The notes beneath the pieces were generated by a model. The model was not told the DNA's origin, made no database searches, and saw only the letters and a program-made list of their open reading frames with translations. From a virus: a DNA stretch of 13,616 bases. Numbering within the stretch: the first letter of the stretch is position 1; each line of letters opens with the position of its first letter. Shown piece by piece: positions 1-6,983 of the stretch. The stretch lies in the UHGV virus genome UHGV-0269933; one strand, written 5' to 3'. A program made the translations under genes and the position numbers.

Positions 1-25
1 TACTAATCAGTTAAGTGTTTGTTTT

Positions 26-63
26 AAAAGGCGCTACTCGGCATGGGGAAGCGCCTTTTTTAT
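26..63 (+). repeat. attL-type direct repeat (38 bp), also a Rho-independent terminator hairpin
   Basis: aaaaggcgctactcggcatggggaagcgccttttttat is identical to 11239..11276. GGCGCT...AGCGCC stem followed by a T-run. Confidence 0.8.
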
Positions 64-68
64 TAAAT

Positions 69-90
69 TGACTGCACCACTGACTGCACC
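69..90 (+). repeat. Tandem arm-type repeats TGACTGCACC(AC)TGACTGCACC, putative integrase arm sites (P' arm)
   Basis: Tandem 12-bp period repeat immediately inside the left att core. Near-identical tandem repeat at 11045..11068 in the same orientation. Confidence 0.55.
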
Positions 91-115
91 GATACACGAA
101 CTATAGCGAACGGCG

Positions 116-145
116 TTGAACGAAATCACCAACTAATCGTAATAT
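116..145 (+). promoter_or_regulatory. Sigma70-like promoter for the Abi-like gene (TTGAAC-N18-TAATAT)
   Basis: -35 TTGAAC at 116..121 and -10 TAATAT at 140..145. SD AAGGGG at 164..169 upstream of ATG 180. Confidence 0.4.
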
Positions 146-170
146 GATAAACCTCTACATATGAAGGGGT

Positions 171-944
171 ATGGTGTACATGAAGTCTATTCTTGATGAA
201 CTTAGTACTGATATTGAGCGCGCTGAAAGTCTACAGTCCCAGCTGATTAGCGTAGCTACTGGCGGACCTGCGTTACCATATGAATATCAGGAGCTAAGAC
301 GTTTTTTTGTTGAATCACCACTATATAGCAACATTATTCCCTCTTTCGTAAAAACAAACCGCAACACCGACCAATTTTGGCAATTTATTAAATACAAATT
401 TGGTACATATGCTGAAAGAAGGCAGTACATTTGGGATGAATTCCAAGAATTGATGGACTATCTGGAGGGTAAAAACAAAGCACCCGCAGATGAGGACATC
501 TCTGATGTATTAAGACGGTTTGATGAGGATGGTGTTCACACCGTGTGGATGAAAGCACTAGAACGGCGCCACACAGACCCGGATGGGGCGATAACCTCTG
601 CAAGAACACTTCTAGAAACGGTTTGCAAGCACATTCTTGATGATATGGATGTCCCCTATAATAATAAAAATATAGAAATGTCAGAGCTTTATAAAATACT
701 ATCAAAAGAACTTAACTTATCTGCCGACCAGCATACTGAAAGTATTTTCAAACAAATTCTTGGTGGTTGTTCAGCCGTTGTAAATGGGCTAGGTACTCTT
801 CGTAATAAACTTGGTGACGCACATGGAAAGAATCGCTCATCAGTTAAACCATCACCAAGGCATGCAGAACTCGCTGTAAATTTATCAGGCTCAATGGCTC
901 TTTTTCTAATTAGCTCATGGTTAAACCTTAAAGATAAAAATTAA
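171..944 (+). CDS. Abortive-infection family protein (Abi_C-like C-terminal domain); likely true start ATG at 180
   Basis: 257-aa ORF. C-terminal LGTLRNKLGDAHGK motif after a TLLETVCKHIL helix resembles the Abi_C family signature (from memory). AT-rich relative to flanks, own promoter and SD. Confidence 0.55.
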   Translation: MVYMKSILDELSTDIERAESLQSQLISVATGGPALPYEYQELRRFFVESPLYSNIIPSFVKTNRNTDQFWQFIKYKFGTYAERRQYIWDEFQELMDYLEGKNKAPADEDISDVLRRFDEDGVHTVWMKALERRHTDPDGAITSARTLLETVCKHILDDMDVPYNNKNIEMSELYKILSKELNLSADQHTESIFKQILGGCSAVVNGLGTLRNKLGDAHGKNRSSVKPSPRHAELAVNLSGSMALFLISSWLNLKDKN

Positions 945-969
945 TGAACTATGGACGTGATATGACCAA

Positions 970-1227
970 TTAGTTAATCATTATGTTCATCGGTTTAAGC
1001 TGTTTCTGGCTGTTCACCAGCCAATCTTGCATGTATTTGCACCAGGTACTGAACATCGCCTCATCAGTGCCTGGATAGGTGTACAGATACCCCATAAGGA
1101 CTTTATCGGTAATCTCATCCTCTTGATCCCAACCAATGATGAATTGACGAAATAGGCCGTATGATTTAGCCGGATCCGTATTCCTCCACGTTTCCACTAC
1201 TACATCGAATGCCGGAACCCTGAATGT
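970..1227 (-). pseudogene. 3' remnant of an unknown gene truncated by the IS66-family element
   Basis: Track ORF 970..1293; its N-terminal 22 aa are translation of the IS terminal repeat. Only the C-terminal ~85 aa (RVPAFDVVVETWRNTDPAKSYGLFRQF...) lie outside the IS. No start codon or SD. Confidence 0.35.
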
Positions 1228-2001
1228 GTAAGCGTGCAGTGAGAACCGTATTGACGAAGTGAAGCTGGTCAGGCAGGCAGAGTAACCCGCCACGGGAGCA
1301 GAGCACCCACCCGGTTCACAGGCCAGTCGGCGATGACATCAAGTACATAATGCAGATAGCGTTCCGGATCCACGCCGTTTAATTTGCACGTCCCGATAAG
1401 ACTGTACAGTGACGCACCGCGCTCACCACCATGATCCGAGCCGAAGAACAGCCAGTTTTTTCTCCCCAGACTGACCCGTCGTAGGGCGTTTTCGGCAATG
1501 TTATTATCCACCTCCACCCAGCCATCTTCTGCATAGCGGATCAGCGCCGGCCACTGGTTCAGCGCATACCCGAACGCCTTCGCCAGTTCTGAGTGCCTTG
1601 AGAGGGTTTTCTGTTTCTCCCGCAGCCACCCCTCCAGTGACGCCAGCAGCGGCAGCACTTTTTGGTGCCGGACTGCCTGCCGTTCCTCTGCTCTTTTACC
1701 TCTGATCTCCGACTCGATGGCATACAGCTCGCCGATCCGTTTCAGCGCCTCTTGCGAATGTCTGTCCTCTGGCTTTACTGGTGTTCATGTATTTTTCAAA
1801 GCCGGGGAGTGTAACTGACAGCGCTCGAAATACCTCTCGCGGTGTGCTAATCACTCGCTGGTGCTCCCGGCCAAATAATCTGATCAGAGGACCACTCAGT
1901 TTGATAGTTGTCATGACTTCTGCACATGGATTCATAGCCGCCTCAGTTAATTTTGGAGAAAGGAAACGGTTAGGCTTTTTTTAGCTCAAAATAGCGCTTA
2001 C
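1228..2001 (-). mobile_element. Internally deleted IS66-family insertion sequence remnant (~0.77 kb)
   Basis: GTAAGCG-type terminal sequences at both ends (1228 on +, 2001 on -). Contains the C-terminal ~170 aa of an IS66 TnpC-like transposase. No matching 8-bp target-site duplication (ctgaatgt vs catttcct). Confidence 0.7.
1269..1783 (-). pseudogene. IS66-family transposase (TnpC) C-terminal fragment
   Basis: Translation ...ALKRIGELYAIESEIRG...LAKAFGYALNQWPALIRYAEDGWVEVDNNIAENALRRVSLGRKNWLFFGSDHGGERGASLYSLIGTCKLNGVDPERYL...LLPW matches the conserved TnpC C-terminus. In-frame stop lies upstream at ~1786; N-terminal two-thirds absent. Confidence 0.8.
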
Positions 2002-2161
2002 CATTTCCTTTCTTTTTAGATGGTGTTTTCATTAAAAACATATAGTTACATCGAAGAAGAACAGAAACGGCAAATCGCAGAAAATTTTCATAAATAGCAA
2101 GAATCTGCGAGGTCGCCGCCCCGTAGCAGGCCGAATTGCCCGAAAGGACCCGCGCCGAAAT

Positions 2162-2268
2162 CGCTCAAACTTCAATCGGCCGAGTTTTCGAGGCGTTAAA
2201 GAGTAGATATGGGAATATCACATATGTAAAAACCAGCCGCGCTCAAACTTCAATCGGCCGAGTTTTCG
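2162..2268. repeat. Pair of perfect 29-bp direct repeats (2162..2190, 2240..2268) with embedded 9-bp-stem hairpin in second copy
   Basis: cgctcaaacttcaatcggccgagttttcg occurs twice, 78 bp apart. Second copy extends into aatcggccg-agtttt-cggccgatt inverted repeat. Confidence 0.6.
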
Positions 2269-2307
2269 GCCGATTACCAGGTCCGCCGGGTCATTCGGGC
2301 CTGTCGG

Positions 2308-2694
2308 TCAGCCAATCAACGTGCTTTTCCCGCCGCGAGCCTGCTGGCGCACACGCTCGGCCTTAAGGCAAAGAGATGCTTCAGGCTTAGCAGGTACAGG
2401 AACATGGCAGGTTTCAGAGGTCCGGGGAATGTTATTGATCCATTCAATAACTTCACTCAGATACCACGCCTTGCGCCCCTCAGTGACCTGGACGCGTACT
2501 GGAAACTCACCTCGCGCTTCGAGATTCAGCAATGTACGGCGGCTCAGCGTGGTGAGTTCTATGACCTGATTCATATCAACCAGGCGCTCACTGACGTTCA
2601 TTTTGTCTGCCATCTCCAGCAGTTCACCCACCACTGGATCCGGATAGAGAGCATTGGCGGTGGCCATCAGGCTGTTATTTTTATCTTGCATCAT
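2308..2694 (-). CDS. AlpA/Vis-family HTH DNA-binding protein (second copy, with N- and C-terminal extensions)
   Basis: Core MNQVIELTTLSRRTLLNLEARGEFPVRVQVTEGRKAWYLSEVIEWIN fits the phage AlpA/excisionase-type HTH pattern. Start ATGATG at 2694/2691 with AAGGAG SD; the 144-aa track ORF start is an unsupported upstream extension. Confidence 0.55.
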   Translation of the reverse strand: MMQDKNNSLMATANALYPDPVVGELLEMADKMNVSERLVDMNQVIELTTLSRRTLLNLEARGEFPVRVQVTEGRKAWYLSEVIEWINNIPRTSETCHVPVPAKPEASLCLKAERVRQQARGGKSTLIG

Positions 2695-2701
2695 AATCTC
2701 C

Positions 2702-3043
2702 TTACACCAGTGCCAGTGGCTGAACAGAAATACCAGAGCCAACGAACGCTGCTACTTTTGCAGAAAGCGTGGTTACATCATCAGGCCAGTTAAGGGCATC
2801 AACATTCAGCACGCCAGCTTTGTAGACCTGAGCATGTGTCTGGCTTGCGGTATCAACAGCAAAGCAAGATACATAGACAGCCTGCCCGGCATGCGCCCCA
2901 TCCCAGACCACCAAAGCCCCATTGGTAGCATCCTGCATAAGTGGAGTCAGCGCGGGAATAACGCCCTTTGCTCCAGCGAAGATACCCAGAGTTGTCACCA
3001 GCGCTTCAGTACCGGCCGCCAGTTCAGTGTAATGCGTCGTCAT
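2702..3043 (-). CDS. Phage head decoration protein, lambda gpD-like
   Basis: 113 aa; ALTPLMQDATNGALVVWDG...VYKAG...AAFVGSGISV aligns with lambda gpD (AMTPLMLDTSSRKLVAWDG...FYKSG...TAFAGTAISIV). AAGGAG SD; translationally coupled to upstream capsid gene. Confidence 0.75.
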   Translation of the reverse strand: MTTHYTELAAGTEALVTTLGIFAGAKGVIPALTPLMQDATNGALVVWDGAHAGQAVYVSCFAVDTASQTHAQVYKAGVLNVDALNWPDDVTTLSAKVAAFVGSGISVQPLALV

Positions 3044-3052
3044 GATTACTCC

Positions 3053-4093
3053 TTAGGCCACGCGAACGGTGACAAAACGGTTGATACGGGCCGGGATAGG
3101 CTGCGGTGCGGAGTGGGTCTGAACGTACTCAATAGCTGGGTCGCCAGGAACAATGTAGTTCTTTGGCGCCAGCTCAGCTTTGGTAATACCCATACGGATG
3201 AGCTCTGGATCCTGAATTCCGCCGTAGGCCACAATGCCCTGCAGGGCGGTGTTTCCCAGCACCATCAAATCAGGATCGAGGAAGTGCTTTTCGGTGCCGT
3301 CTTCGTCGGTATAGCGACCGCTATAAACCACAATAGCCACATCGCCCATATAGCCTTTAAAGCTCACTGAATCGCCCAGGTCTTTAAGTGCTGTTTCAAG
3401 CTGTGCGTTGGAGCCGCGGCGCGTGTCGAGTACATCTTTAATCGCTTTGAAAGAACGATATTTTTTCCAGACGTTCCCGCCCATAATGATGATATTGGTT
3501 ACGCCTTCACTCAGCTCTGAATAGGTTTCAATATCGTCATTTGGATCAAACGTCGTTTTATCTTTACCTGACCAGGCAGCGCCACCAGCCTGAGTGATTA
3601 TATTCTGGGATTTGATATTCCAGTCCAGCTCATAACGCTCGATCCCTTCCCCCTCAATAATATTTTTCCCGGTAGTTACAGCCTGAACAGCCAGCCATTC
3701 AATACGCGCACGAATAGCAATAGACTGTTTGAGGATTGACTGTTTTACCTTGATATTGCGGGTATCAAGCGTGCTGTATTGATCAGGAGTAACACCAGCA
3801 GGACGAACAGCCAGTTTGTTAGGGTCAATGTTGCTCTTTGGTTTCATGTAGCCAGGACGGATAGACTTGGACTCATATCCCTCATCACGCGCCACCTTAC
3901 TACCCACCATAGGCGAACAGAACGCCGCGATTGGAATATTTGGGTCGTCGATAGTGTCCAGGATGATATCGCGCGTTTCAAAAGTAACTGCGCGGGTAAA
4001 GAATAAATCAGTGAACAGGGTTTTTAGTTGCTTCTGAATATCCTCAGCGCTAACAACCCGAACCAGCGCCGCAGGTGAATATAAATCTGGCAT
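3053..4093 (-). CDS. Major capsid protein, lambda gpE-like
   Basis: 346 aa, full-length collinear similarity to lambda gpE (341 aa): PGYMKPK..., ITQAGGAAWSGKDKTTFDPNDDIETY..., FRSFKAIKDVLDTRRGSNAQLETALKDLG...YMGDVAIVVYSG...MVLGNT...YGGIQD...GDPA... SD GAGG upstream of ATG. Confidence 0.9.
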   Translation of the reverse strand: MPDLYSPAALVRVVSAEDIQKQLKTLFTDLFFTRAVTFETRDIILDTIDDPNIPIAAFCSPMVGSKVARDEGYESKSIRPGYMKPKSNIDPNKLAVRPAGVTPDQYSTLDTRNIKVKQSILKQSIAIRARIEWLAVQAVTTGKNIIEGEGIERYELDWNIKSQNIITQAGGAAWSGKDKTTFDPNDDIETYSELSEGVTNIIIMGGNVWKKYRSFKAIKDVLDTRRGSNAQLETALKDLGDSVSFKGYMGDVAIVVYSGRYTDEDGTEKHFLDPDLMVLGNTALQGIVAYGGIQDPELIRMGITKAELAPKNYIVPGDPAIEYVQTHSAPQPIPARINRFVTVRVA

Positions 4094-4301
4094 ATATTAC
4101 CTCAGTAAAATAAATAGAGCGTTCATCACAAAAATAATGTTAACACTGACAAACACAGAATGATTGAATGCAATGATGTGCAATAGAGTGCAATAATGTA
4201 TAAAGTTAATTCACGGTGATATGGCCCGCTAAATATCTGTTAATGTCCTCACTGTTATTTCCTCCAAATAACATCGTTCGTTAAAAATCCATGTTTTCCC
4301 A

Positions 4302-4331
4302 AGCGGGTCTGGTTGCAGCCCGCTTTTTTTT
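4302..4331 (+). terminator. Rho-independent terminator on + strand (hairpin + T8) with no annotated + strand gene upstream
   Basis: agcgggtctggttgcagcccgct stem-loop followed by tttttttt. Lies in the leader region upstream of the capsid gene. Confidence 0.45.
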
Positions 4332-4366
4332 CGTCTTTCGCAAAATTATGGATCGGCAAAATGAGT

Positions 4367-4646
4367 GGTGAAAATCACCCTACCCACAGCTTTAAAATTA
4401 AAAAATATCCTTTTAAGTGTTCACCCGTTCACCTTTGCGAATTTCTTAATTAAATTCATGTAGTTATAGGGTGAATACTACTCTTTCAGGTATTCACTAG
4501 TGTTCACCCTACCCTTCACCCTTTAGGGCAAAAAACAATCAAAAGGTGAACAGGTGAATACTTGGTGAATACTTAATAAATAAGTGTCCACCCCTTAACA
4601 CTCTGTTATTAATAGAATTTTAAACAGGGTGAATACTGGTGAACAC
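4367..4646. repeat. Iteron cluster of P4 ori/crr type (TGTTCACC / GTATTCACC), ~12 copies in both orientations
   Basis: TGTTCACC at 4418, 4426, 4501; GGTGAACA/GGTGAATAC at 4470, 4545, 4553, 4564, 4628, 4638; variants at 4490, 4513, 4585; GGTGAAAATCACC palindrome at 4367. Matches the P4 type I iteron motif bound by alpha (recalled). Confidence 0.7.
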
Positions 4647-4659
4647 TTTATCTATAACT

Positions 4660-5361
4660 TTACTCTACCCCTTCATTCTCAGTAGTGATTGCACATGATG
4701 GCATCCAGTCGCCAGAATCATCATGCAGGGTTACGTTAGAGCGTATGCCATGTTTGGTTTTCCGCTTCTGGTATTCCTTCCCATACTCAACCATTGCGCC
4801 AGGCATATCTGTACCGAACCGCATCAGTGAGACAGGCTTACTCAGGCCATTGGCTCTCATGTATGCCAGATAGGCGTGATACAGGTACTTGCGCGGGCTG
4901 AATGGCACTATCTCGGCATTACCGATAAACATCCCGTCACACACTACCGACGCCATCAGGTAGCCGCAGAAGTCCACCAGCGAATCACCTTCACGCTTGA
5001 TCGCCAGAGCCTCCTCTGATTTCTGCTGCTCATACAATAACCGTCTGGCTTCGTCCTGGTCTGCAAAACGTGTAAGCAGATGGCGGATAACTACAGCCAG
5101 TTCCCCTTCTATTTTCTCTGCCAGCATCGAGTCTCGCTCGTTTTCTGGTACAACCTCCGAGAAATTGAAAATAACCCGGCGCCGCGAAATCCCCCCGCTA
5201 CGGTCGCTGAATGTCATAGCATTGTTGTTTACCGCCAGCACCACCGCCGGAATACGGGTTGAATATGGTGCTTTATGTTTAGGATCGATAGACACCTTGT
5301 CACCACCAGTTATGGCCTTAATACCTGCACCATCGCCAGCGTACCGGGTCATATCAGGCAT
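4660..5361 (-). CDS. P4 alpha-type primase/helicase C-terminal (iteron-binding) domain homolog, stand-alone/truncated
   Basis: 233 aa beginning near the SF3-helicase arginine-finger region (AVVLAVNNNAMTFSDRSGGISRRRVIFNF). No Walker A/B or primase domain. Located immediately upstream of the TGTTCACC iterons, as the alpha 3' end is in P4. Confidence 0.55.
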   Translation of the reverse strand: MPDMTRYAGDGAGIKAITGGDKVSIDPKHKAPYSTRIPAVVLAVNNNAMTFSDRSGGISRRRVIFNFSEVVPENERDSMLAEKIEGELAVVIRHLLTRFADQDEARRLLYEQQKSEEALAIKREGDSLVDFCGYLMASVVCDGMFIGNAEIVPFSPRKYLYHAYLAYMRANGLSKPVSLMRFGTDMPGAMVEYGKEYQKRKTKHGIRSNVTLHDDSGDWMPSCAITTENEGVE

Positions 5362-5427
5362 AATGATCGTAATGTTCCTTTATTTCATGAATCGTAATAG
5401 GCATAAATTCTCCTTGTTTGTCTAACC

Positions 5428-5620
5428 TGCCGCATTTAGTGCCGCGTTTAGCAATGCCGCACTTAGCGCCGCACCAGTTTTCTCAAAAAATTACGCAAAC
5501 CCAGTAATGACGTGGGTTTCAGTGAAATGCCGCACTTAGCGCGTGTATACAGGGACTAAGTGCGGCATTTGGTCATAAAACATACTAAATGCCGCACATG
5601 CCGCACTTACCGCCGCATTT
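5428..5620. repeat. Cluster of >=5 copies of ATGCCGCACTTAGCGC-like repeats including a 15-bp perfect inverted repeat
   Basis: Copies at ~5428, 5455, 5527, 5554 (inverted), 5588-5620. AAATGCCGCACTTAG-N16-CTAAGTGCGGCATTT at 5526..5571. Hairpin aaaccca/tgggttt at 5497..5519. Confidence 0.6.
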
Positions 5621-6983
5621 ACTCGACTGTTACCGGGTAAAGGTTCTCACCCTCGATGCGAATAATTTGCTCACTCTCCAGCTTGTCCAGCCAGCGCGGG
5701 AATGACTTTCTCACTTTGTCTGAGCCCAGCGTTGCACGCAGATCGTCTTTAATGACGGAGATAGTGCATGGCTCCCCCTTAGCTGTTCGGCTGCGAACTG
5801 CCTGCCATAGTGCATGATGGTTATCGCTAAGACGGGATACATGGGCCAGTTCAGGCTCAACCTCTTTAGCCTCTCTCGGCTGATCGTGCACAACCAGAGA
5901 GCAAACAAGCTCGCCATCTTCATCGGTGTAAAGCTCTGCCGTTCTCAGGTCATACGCTTTACGCTCTGGCTCCTCCGCGTCTTTCATCTTGGTACAGGTC
6001 AGAATAAGCGCTTTTCCATCCCCTTCACGCTTAACGTTAAATTCAGTATCAAGCGCAGCGCGGAAAGCACTGGAACCGCGAGCGCCTTTCCCTTCATCTT
6101 TGCCGGAGTGGTGAACTACCAGCACCGTTGCACCCGTTTTCTGTTTGATAACGTCACACCCTTCAATAAATGCCCCCATATCACGAGCATCGTTCTCGTC
6201 GTTACCGCCAAAACAACGGGCCAGCGTATCGATCACCACCATGCGAACCGGCACACCACATTCGGCTTCAATCTGCCTGGCAGCCAGAAGAACTTCTGTA
6301 ACCTCTGACTCACGCACCGGGAACACCGGACGATTGACCAGCCAGAGGTTGTCTGCCTGTATGCCATGCACCTGTTCCCATGCCCGTATACGCCGGGGAA
6401 CACCTACACCACCCTCGCCAACCACATACAGCACCGCGCCGGGAGTGACCTTCTTCCCCGCCCATGGCAGACCAGCAGCGATATGACAGGCCCACGACAC
6501 GGCAAGAAAACTCTTATACGAACCGCTGGGGCCGTAAATGCTGCACAGTGATTGCGCTGGCAGAAAGTGTTTAAGGATATAGTCCTGACGGATATCAAAG
6601 CCCTCAGAACCGCGAGAGAGAGGCAGCTTTGTCCTGAACTTTGCACCAGCATCAGGGAATACGCGGTGAATGCGCTGCACGTCAGACAGCATGGCATTCA
6701 TTTCCCCTTCGCCTATCTCTTCCACCAGCACAGAACGCCGCGCGGTAATCATATGTTTGCGGTCGGTATCGAGATACCCGGCATCACAAAGCTCCTCATA
6801 CGGCATTGCTGCTATCTGGTTGAGGCGAGCCACCAGCTTTCCGTAACGGGTAGTGGGGTCCTTATGCTGGTGGAGAGCTTTATCCAAATCGCTGCGACTG
6901 TACTGCTTGCCATGCGCCCACAGATACGAACAGGTGAACAAGGCATCCGATACGGTTTCTACAGCTGTCAGTTGTACCGTCAT
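5619..6983 (-). CDS. RepA-like replicative helicase / AAA_25 (RecA-fold) ATPase with N- and C-terminal accessory domains
   Basis: 454 aa; Walker A GPSGSYKS, Walker B-like VVIDTLARCF, HHSGKDEGKGARGSSA motif typical of RSF1010 RepA/DnaB-like helicases. ATGA overlap with upstream gene. Confidence 0.75.
   Translation of the reverse strand: MTVQLTAVETVSDALFTCSYLWAHGKQYSRSDLDKALHQHKDPTTRYGKLVARLNQIAAMPYEELCDAGYLDTDRKHMITARRSVLVEEIGEGEMNAMLSDVQRIHRVFPDAGAKFRTKLPLSRGSEGFDIRQDYILKHFLPAQSLCSIYGPSGSYKSFLAVSWACHIAAGLPWAGKKVTPGAVLYVVGEGGVGVPRRIRAWEQVHGIQADNLWLVNRPVFPVRESEVTEVLLAARQIEAECGVPVRMVVIDTLARCFGGNDENDARDMGAFIEGCDVIKQKTGATVLVVHHSGKDEGKGARGSSAFRAALDTEFNVKREGDGKALILTCTKMKDAEEPERKAYDLRTAELYTDEDGELVCSLVVHDQPREAKEVEPELAHVSRLSDNHHALWQAVRSRTAKGEPCTISVIKDDLRATLGSDKVRKSFPRWLDKLESEQIIRIEGENLYPVTVE

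Noticed and set aside
388-705. 105-aa - strand ORF inside the Abi-like gene
   Set aside because: Antisense to a better-supported gene; Cys/His-rich low-complexity translation.
1696-1984. 79-aa - strand ORF (1696..1935) and 67-aa + strand ORF (1781..1984) inside the IS remnant
   Set aside because: No resemblance to IS66 TnpA/TnpB that I can recognise; they overlap each other and the truncation point. Treated as part of the decayed IS.
2162-2268. Two 29-bp direct repeats as a mini CRISPR array
   Set aside because: Only two copies, 49-bp spacer, repeat unlike E. coli I-E/I-F repeats, no cas genes or leader.
2136-2366. 76-aa + strand ORF
   Set aside because: It is the translation of the two 29-bp direct repeats (AQTSIGRVF encoded twice); no SD.
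2404-3370. + strand ORFs 2404..2793 (129 aa) and 2654..3370 (238 aa)
   Set aside because: Antisense to the AlpA-like, gpD-like and gpE-like genes, which have strong homology support.
4138-4155. TGT-N12-ACA dyad resembling the P2 Ogr / P4 delta late-activator site
   Set aside because: Six fixed bases occur often by chance. Its centre is only ~55 bp from the capsid start codon, leaving no room for a 5' UTR if it were at -55.
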